DNA of 64,000 nucleotides from a virus. Numbering within the stretch: the first letter of the stretch is position 1; each line of letters begins with the position of its first letter. The notes below the pieces were generated by a model that ran no database searches, was not told the DNA's origin, and saw only the letters and a program-made list of their open reading frames with translations. Made by a program: the position numbers and the translations under genes. The stretch lies in the IMG/VR virus record IMGVR_UViG_3300032332_001463, positions 370-64,369 of that record. One strand, written 5' to 3'. Of the stretch, positions 58,172 through 64,000 are shown piece after piece.

Positions 58172-60259
58172 ATGGCAAATACAGTTACCACATATGAGAA
58201 TCAAGGATTCCCTGATGTAAATTCACTGATGATCGATGTAGTATCAACACTGGTTGGTTTTCCATCAGTATTACCCACAGAAGGTAACGTCTTGAATGCA
58301 GGCGAAATGTACATGGTCCCTGTGCGCGGCGGCGATTACAACACAGTATTTTCTGGCTATGTAGCCGGCACTGCCACTGGTCCCGCCGCAATCCCAGATG
58401 ATCAGTCAGCGGTAATAGTGTTGGAAGCTACACAGCTAATTGACCCATTTGCAGCATTGGATCCAAAAGGTTATTACATACACACCGATACCACTACAAA
58501 ACTAGATGGTCCCACTGGTGCAGCAAATCCACCAATTGATACCAGTGTGTCCCCGTACCCAACCAACGCCACTAAAGATCCATGGAGAATGACTTTCCAA
58601 ACATATGACTGGAAAAACTATTCAAGTTTTACTGCTGCTGCACCGTTTGTCCCAAGTGGCGTTACTGGCGCTACTGGCGATCTTGGCAAGTGGACACCGG
58701 ATGGTGCTGCGCCACTGAGTATGGCGATTTATTTAGGTACTCCGGCAACCATGTCAACCGACGGCACCACTGGTGCCAGTGGACCAAATTTGACCTTGGG
58801 TTGGCACCAATCGTGGCCCAACAAGTATCCACAATGGGCCGATAGCACACTAAATGGTGGCTGCACCTATTACGATTGGCTTGGCCCAGCAGTTATAGCA
58901 CTGCCGTCGGCGAGTGATACCACTGTGACCGCTGATACAGCTAGACTACACTATGTAACATGTACATACGGGGTAGCAACCAATCAATTACGCAATCTAA
59001 GTACATTTTTAAAATCATATACTCTCAAGAAGAGTTACGATTTTGTGGAACCAATTGGCAACACTGGTGCAGAGTGGACACATGCATTTGATCCAGTCAA
59101 TGGATGGGACGAAACTGGTCGATTTGGTGCCACCCATCCTTACAGCACTGGTGTCACTGGGTACGCAGCCTCTGGCCCCATGGTGCCTGTATATGCGACC
59201 GGACCAATCGGCTGGCCAGACTGGGTGATTGACCGCAATACTGGCAGTGGCGCAACTGCACCGCCCGGGTTTGGAAAACAGTTCAAAGGTATAGATGGTA
59301 TAACAAGAATTCGGTTGGCACAGGATCCAAACAAGGTAAAATATCAAACCAGTGACAGAATAGGGCCAACTTCGCCCGGTGTAACTGACTATTTTCCGGG
59401 ATCTGACGGTGATGGTCCAGATGTACTTGACCCAGCACAATTGTTTATTAACCGATACCCTATTAGAGCTAGATTAAACGGTGGTGGTGCAACTGGTGCT
59501 ACTGGCGCAGGCTTGGGTATGTTTGGCAGCGTGGGCGGCAGAGCAGCCAGCTCAAACCCAATGAGCTATAGACTAGTACTGAGTGATCATGGTATGTTTT
59601 TTGCGGTGTGGGGCGAAAACCCAGAAGAAACTGCCAGCAACTACAGCTGGTTGTTGATCCAGAGACCGGTTAGCAAAAACGATGGTACCATACGCGGTGC
59701 TTACAGTGACTTCTATACAGCAACTGGTCCAAATGGTTATCCGGTACCAGACACTCTAAGAAACAACACCATTATCAACAGCACTGCCTTTGATCAAGCT
59801 GGTAATACTGTAAACTTTGGTAATCGACCACTGTTCTGTATCAACTCAACTTCCAACAAGTTCTACAAGTTTGTGGTTAGAGAACACGATTTGCCAATTC
59901 CCAGCGCACGCAAAGATGCCAGCAACAATTCAGAAGACAACGGTGCTGTGCTGAATGCATACAGACAACAAAGTCTCACTGAAAATGGTGAATATGTGAT
60001 CACATTCATCAACAACCTAAACAGCAGCAGATTTAAATATGCTGATGAACTGGACATGGTTGGCACAGTCAGTGCTGATATTGTTGGTGGTGGTACTGAT
60101 ATTGATGTTGCAGTTTATAACGAAATAGATCCTGCCAACGGTCAACCCAGCAAGCGTACATACCACGCATTATGGTCAAGTGGCGCATACGGTACCAAGA
60201 TGCGTATCGTGGTAGTCAAGCGAACACCAAATCCTAATGTACCACCAGCATACGCTTGA
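58172..60259 (+). CDS. putative virion structural protein, paralog B
   Basis: SD AAGGA; W..IQRPV, VVRE.D, SLTE...Y..TF..NL...RF.Y..ELD shared with paralog A. Confidence 0.65.
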   Translation: MANTVTTYENQGFPDVNSLMIDVVSTLVGFPSVLPTEGNVLNAGEMYMVPVRGGDYNTVFSGYVAGTATGPAAIPDDQSAVIVLEATQLIDPFAALDPKGYYIHTDTTTKLDGPTGAANPPIDTSVSPYPTNATKDPWRMTFQTYDWKNYSSFTAAAPFVPSGVTGATGDLGKWTPDGAAPLSMAIYLGTPATMSTDGTTGASGPNLTLGWHQSWPNKYPQWADSTLNGGCTYYDWLGPAVIALPSASDTTVTADTARLHYVTCTYGVATNQLRNLSTFLKSYTLKKSYDFVEPIGNTGAEWTHAFDPVNGWDETGRFGATHPYSTGVTGYAASGPMVPVYATGPIGWPDWVIDRNTGSGATAPPGFGKQFKGIDGITRIRLAQDPNKVKYQTSDRIGPTSPGVTDYFPGSDGDGPDVLDPAQLFINRYPIRARLNGGGATGATGAGLGMFGSVGGRAASSNPMSYRLVLSDHGMFFAVWGENPEETASNYSWLLIQRPVSKNDGTIRGAYSDFYTATGPNGYPVPDTLRNNTIINSTAFDQAGNTVNFGNRPLFCINSTSNKFYKFVVREHDLPIPSARKDASNNSEDNGAVLNAYRQQSLTENGEYVITFINNLNSSRFKYADELDMVGTVSADIVGGGTDIDVAVYNEIDPANGQPSKRTYHALWSSGAYGTKMRIVVVKRTPNPNVPPAYA

Positions 60260-60343
60260 GGTGATAGGTTAGAAATTTGGCAGATGTATCTGAGTACATT
60301 ATTGGAGGCCCTGCAGATAACATGTAGTGATTAGGAGTGATTA

Positions 60344-63300
60344 ATGTTCCCGTCGATATCAAGAGCACTCCCTAATACTCAAGTAACTACATCGTTTCGT
60401 GCAACAACATCTCTAGTACTGGTATTACCAGTACAAGATGCTAACGGCAATCCTTTCAACGTTACTGTAAACAATGGGGCAGTACAAACCGGACAAGTTC
60501 CGGGTGGTATTGCTACCACATGGACTGTATCTGCGGCTGCTGGAGATTTAATTACAGCAATAGTCACATCTCCATTTAACAATCTTGAGCATGTATTTTT
60601 TGAATACACAGCAGATGGTGTGTATCAAAATTTTGCAGTGGTTTGCGAAAGTCTCTACACCATCAAGGTCATACCTGCTGATGCTAGGAAACGCTGGTAT
60701 GATTACAGTTACACAACTGCACCAGCTTATAGTTTTCGGCAATCTAACGGAGCCATCACAGTACCGGTAGTATACAACAATAGAGGCCCCATAACTGTAA
60801 ACTCCCACGTGGTCATGAACCCGGTTACAAAATCTGTCTATTTCTATGACAGCATTACTGGAATACAAACATCAGTTATCGCATTCTCGTCACCACCTAT
60901 TGATTATCAAATACTAACTTCACGCAATAAAATAGTTGTACTGACCTATTCCGGAGACTGGTACGAAATTGATATGGTAAGTGTAGTTACACCGTTACCG
61001 GCATTGGATAGTACTGCCAGATGCCTGGGATACGATGATACTACTTCAACCATATGGGTTGGCGGTGCAACCATATGTTGGGCCTATACCCCAGGTCCAG
61101 CCGGCGGCATGTCATTGCTGGGAACCTGTGCAGTCACTGAGCAGATCGTGGGTATTGCTCCGGTACCAAATCTTGCAACATCTGCGGTGGCAGTATCGGT
61201 CAACAACAACGGATTTATATTAAGCACCGCTGTTCTTGCTGCGCCACTGTCATCGATACCATCCACGGCAATTGGTCAACCTGTGGCATTTGGCAATTAT
61301 ATATACATACCTGATAGCAACAATGCCCAGCTGTTGGCTTACAATTACAACACATCAATGTTTGAACCAGCTGTAGGAACCACTGGATACTCGCCCAAGT
61401 ATACTCTTGTGCGCAACGGCAATCTTTATGTCACCAACAATGACAGTCCAGATGTTCTGGTATTTGATTCTGCCATGCATATGACCAAGTTGGTTTTTAG
61501 AGACAAAGTTACCTTGATATCAGCATCAGGTGCGACCGCAGTAGCTAGCCATTTTTTAAATTCAAGGTCAACAACTCTCAGCGCCTACGGCTTACTGACT
61601 AGAATAGTAGATGTAACCTTTGATAACAGAAGCGGTCCTGTTACACATATTGGTAGCAATACAGTGAAAATAAAAACTGTGGGCTATCAGATTGTTACTG
61701 GATATACCGCAGGAAGTACTGTGCTATGGGTAAGTGGAGTCAAAACCGACAGTGCCGGAGTCCGAGGATACGATATCATCGACGGTTCAACAGTCAACAT
61801 AAGCTATAGAGTATCGACACCGGGTACTAGCCAAGTGGCTGCTGTGATTGGCGATTCAGCATTTGATTACCAAGTAACAGCATTTGTTGAAACCTACTAT
61901 CCAAGATACATAGATTTCTTGATCGGAGATTCAAACAACCCATCATATACTCAGACTCTCACCATGCCCAACAAAATGACTCCGGCCACGATGGCGATTG
62001 AGTACGGTGATTTAAAATTAAATGGTATTGTATACGACGGTAGTACAAAGGTTTATGCCAACGATGTGATAACCATAACCATTACCCTAGGCAATCCCTA
62101 TGGATACGGCAAAGGTATGCTGCCAATTTTCTCACTGGGTGCTAGACAATTTGCCATACCAATTTCAGCTGATCCAGTTCCAGTAGTTACCACAGTGATA
62201 TCGGACAATAATCTTTCACCCAATACTGCGCTGTCAAAGACCCAGACCATAACTGGAAATGTCAGCCTATACGATTTTATTTTACCAGACTACTACAATG
62301 TAAAAATATTAAAAAGGATGACGTCCTATACGATTCCGGGCGGCAATGCCATAGTGAGCAATGTTGACGTTTCAGGCAACTATTATCAACCATTTGGGTC
62401 CGGGGACATACTGGTAGTAAATTACAATTCCAGTGTAAAATTATATGATACCGAAGTGGTTTATATTTTAGGTCCCGTCAACTATAAATTTACAGCAAAT
62501 AATCGATTACCGTTTTTGATAAATTATCTAGACTACGGCACACTGTCAAATCCCTATACTAGGGATTTTGAGCCCTTGCGTTCGGGATTTGGCAATAGTA
62601 TAATGGGAGCAAGCGGCGCCATCACCTACGTGGCAGAAAGTGCTCATGCCACTGACATGCAAGTAGTCACAGCAAATGTACAAATAGTTGGATATATAAC
62701 AACGCTGGGAAATGCAGTATTAAAACTCACTGGAGGAGATGCTCAAATCATACTCAACGGAGATACTGCTATAGGATCAAATGTGACCTTGACAAATCCT
62801 ATAGGCAATACCCAAGTTATCACCAATGCCGTTACGGTTTACAATGGTGATCAAGTGGCTATTGGTAGAAATGTACAATCGTACTTTGACGGAAATATTC
62901 AAGTCATACAAAATATGCTGGACATAGAAAATGATTTTGTTTCAATCGAAGTAGGCAAATGGCGCATAGTTAATCAAACGGTAAAAGATGCAGTTTTTCA
63001 AACTCAAGAAACCTCTGCAATCATCAACGGGATACCTGTAGCTGATACCACAGACAGTACTGTATTTGGTGTAGAGTATGCAGCAGGCGCATCTACAACT
63101 AATTTGTCTAGTATGACCTACGCAGCAGATATGCATAATTCGATCGTCGGTACTCCTTACTTGGCATTACCGGAAAGTCCAACTACTGTTGTGGGAATAT
63201 CGGCATTGCAATGGCTGCAGGAAACTGTCATGATACCACAGGCGACCACGTTACAGTGGATGCAGGAGACAACAATGGTTCCTGCTTCTAGTATATTACA

Positions 63301-64000
63301 ATGGCTACAGGAAACCATGATGATACCCAAGATGACTACGTTACAGTGGATGCAGGAGACAACAATGGTTCCTGCCGCTGGGGTGTTGCAGTGGTTACAA
63401 GCAACAACCATGGTACCATCTTCTGGCGTGTTACAATGGTTACAAGAGATAACAATGGTTCCGGATTCTGGTATATTACAGTGGTTACAAGCAACAACCA
63501 TGGTACCTGCAGCTAGTGTACGTGAGTGGCTGCAAGAAACAACTATGGTACCTGATGCCAGTATACGTGAGTGGCTGCAAGAAACAACTATGACGCCTAA
63601 CTCCAGTGTACGTGAGTGGCTGCAAGAAACAACTATGGCGCCTGGGTCCAGCACACGCGAGTGGCTGCAAGAAACAACTATGGTACCTGATGCTAGTGTA
63701 CGTGAGTGGCTGCAAGAAACAACTATGGTACCTGATGCTAGTGTACGTGAGTGGCTGCAAGAAACAACCATGACGCCTAACTCCAGTGTACGTGAGTGGC
63801 TGCAAGAAACAACCATGACGCCTAACTCCAGTGTACGTGAGTGGCTGCAAGAAACAACAAAAACACCTGCTGCCAGTCACATGGAGCTCACACAGGCAAC
63901 AACAAAAACACCTGCTGCCAGTCACATGGAGCTCACACAGGCAACAACAAAAACACCTGCTGCCAGTCACATGGAGCTCACACAGGCAACAACAAAAACA
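60344..64000 (+). CDS. large putative virion protein (>1200 aa, runs off the window; not in ORF track)
   Basis: SD AGGAG 60333-37, ATG 60344 (MFPSISRALPNTQV...); the same frame reads through the 15-aa repeats at the window end; no closed ORF is listed in this frame. Confidence 0.8.
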   Translation, partial: MFPSISRALPNTQVTTSFRATTSLVLVLPVQDANGNPFNVTVNNGAVQTGQVPGGIATTWTVSAAAGDLITAIVTSPFNNLEHVFFEYTADGVYQNFAVVCESLYTIKVIPADARKRWYDYSYTTAPAYSFRQSNGAITVPVVYNNRGPITVNSHVVMNPVTKSVYFYDSITGIQTSVIAFSSPPIDYQILTSRNKIVVLTYSGDWYEIDMVSVVTPLPALDSTARCLGYDDTTSTIWVGGATICWAYTPGPAGGMSLLGTCAVTEQIVGIAPVPNLATSAVAVSVNNNGFILSTAVLAAPLSSIPSTAIGQPVAFGNYIYIPDSNNAQLLAYNYNTSMFEPAVGTTGYSPKYTLVRNGNLYVTNNDSPDVLVFDSAMHMTKLVFRDKVTLISASGATAVASHFLNSRSTTLSAYGLLTRIVDVTFDNRSGPVTHIGSNTVKIKTVGYQIVTGYTAGSTVLWVSGVKTDSAGVRGYDIIDGSTVNISYRVSTPGTSQVAAVIGDSAFDYQVTAFVETYYPRYIDFLIGDSNNPSYTQTLTMPNKMTPATMAIEYGDLKLNGIVYDGSTKVYANDVITITITLGNPYGYGKGMLPIFSLGARQFAIPISADPVPVVTTVISDNNLSPNTALSKTQTITGNVSLYDFILPDYYNVKILKRMTSYTIPGGNAIVSNVDVSGNYYQPFGSGDILVVNYNSSVKLYDTEVVYILGPVNYKFTANNRLPFLINYLDYGTLSNPYTRDFEPLRSGFGNSIMGASGAITYVAESAHATDMQVVTANVQIVGYITTLGNAVLKLTGGDAQIILNGDTAIGSNVTLTNPIGNTQVITNAVTVYNGDQVAIGRNVQSYFDGNIQVIQNMLDIENDFVSIEVGKWRIVNQTVKDAVFQTQETSAIINGIPVADTTDSTVFGVEYAAGASTTNLSSMTYAADMHNSIVGTPYLALPESPTTVVGISALQWLQETVMIPQATTLQWMQETTMVPASSILQWLQETMMIPKMTTLQWMQETTMVPAAGVLQWLQATTMVPSSGVLQWLQEITMVPDSGILQWLQATTMVPAASVREWLQETTMVPDASIREWLQETTMTPNSSVREWLQETTMAPGSSTREWLQETTMVPDASVREWLQETTMVPDASVREWLQETTMTPNSSVREWLQETTMTPNSSVREWLQETTKTPAASHMELTQATTKTPAASHMELTQATTKTPAASHMELTQATTKT
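63200..64000 (+). repeat. 45-bp (15-aa) coding tandem repeat, about 18 units, truncated by window end
   Basis: Trp codons every 45 nt from 63212 to 63842, then three TTKTPAASHMELTQA-type units. Confidence 0.93.

Noticed and set aside
60257-60346. Stop-codon read-through joining 58172-60259 to the in-frame ORF at 60344
   Set aside because: Three in-frame stops (TGA, TAG, TGA) intervene and the downstream ORF has its own SD
63510-63860. CRISPR-like look: constant ~31-nt block with ~14-nt variable part
   Set aside because: Period is exactly 45 nt and in frame in a long ORF, the variable parts are related to each other and too short for spacers, and no cas genes are in the window

Overview
The whole window is part of a large T4-like (myovirus-type) bacteriophage genome in standard genetic code. 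It has five modules. (1) 1-8.8 kb: thyA plus a sugar/modification cluster (NDP-sugar epimerase, four glycosyltransferase-like genes, a methyltransferase-like gene, two radical SAM genes). (2) 8.8-34.6 kb, minus strand: tail-fibre/baseplate block (fibres, a 4045-aa virion protein, gp6, gp25, gp5, hub, gp53, gp48/54-like). (3) 34.7-38.9 kb: late sigma factor gp55, gp47/gp46 and a GIY-YIG nuclease, followed by about 430 nt of non-coding, highly structured sequence. (4) 39.3-50.4 kb: gp51/gp26-like, tape-measure-like, portal, prohead core, protease, scaffold and major capsid genes. (5) 50.5-64 kb: a pirin and probable virion proteins, ending in a >1200-codon ORF absent from the ORF track that carries a 45-bp coding repeat. 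The strongest candidate for an undescribed system is the GIY-YIG gene (start codon locked in a hairpin) followed by a ~310-nt candidate RNA with two predicted pseudoknots. Other notable signals are an apparent ATC start codon on gp55, a three-hairpin 5' leader, promoter-ATG spacings that suggest leaderless mRNAs, and a radical SAM pair with reversed domain order. All calls come from reading motifs by eye. No searches or folding programs were run.
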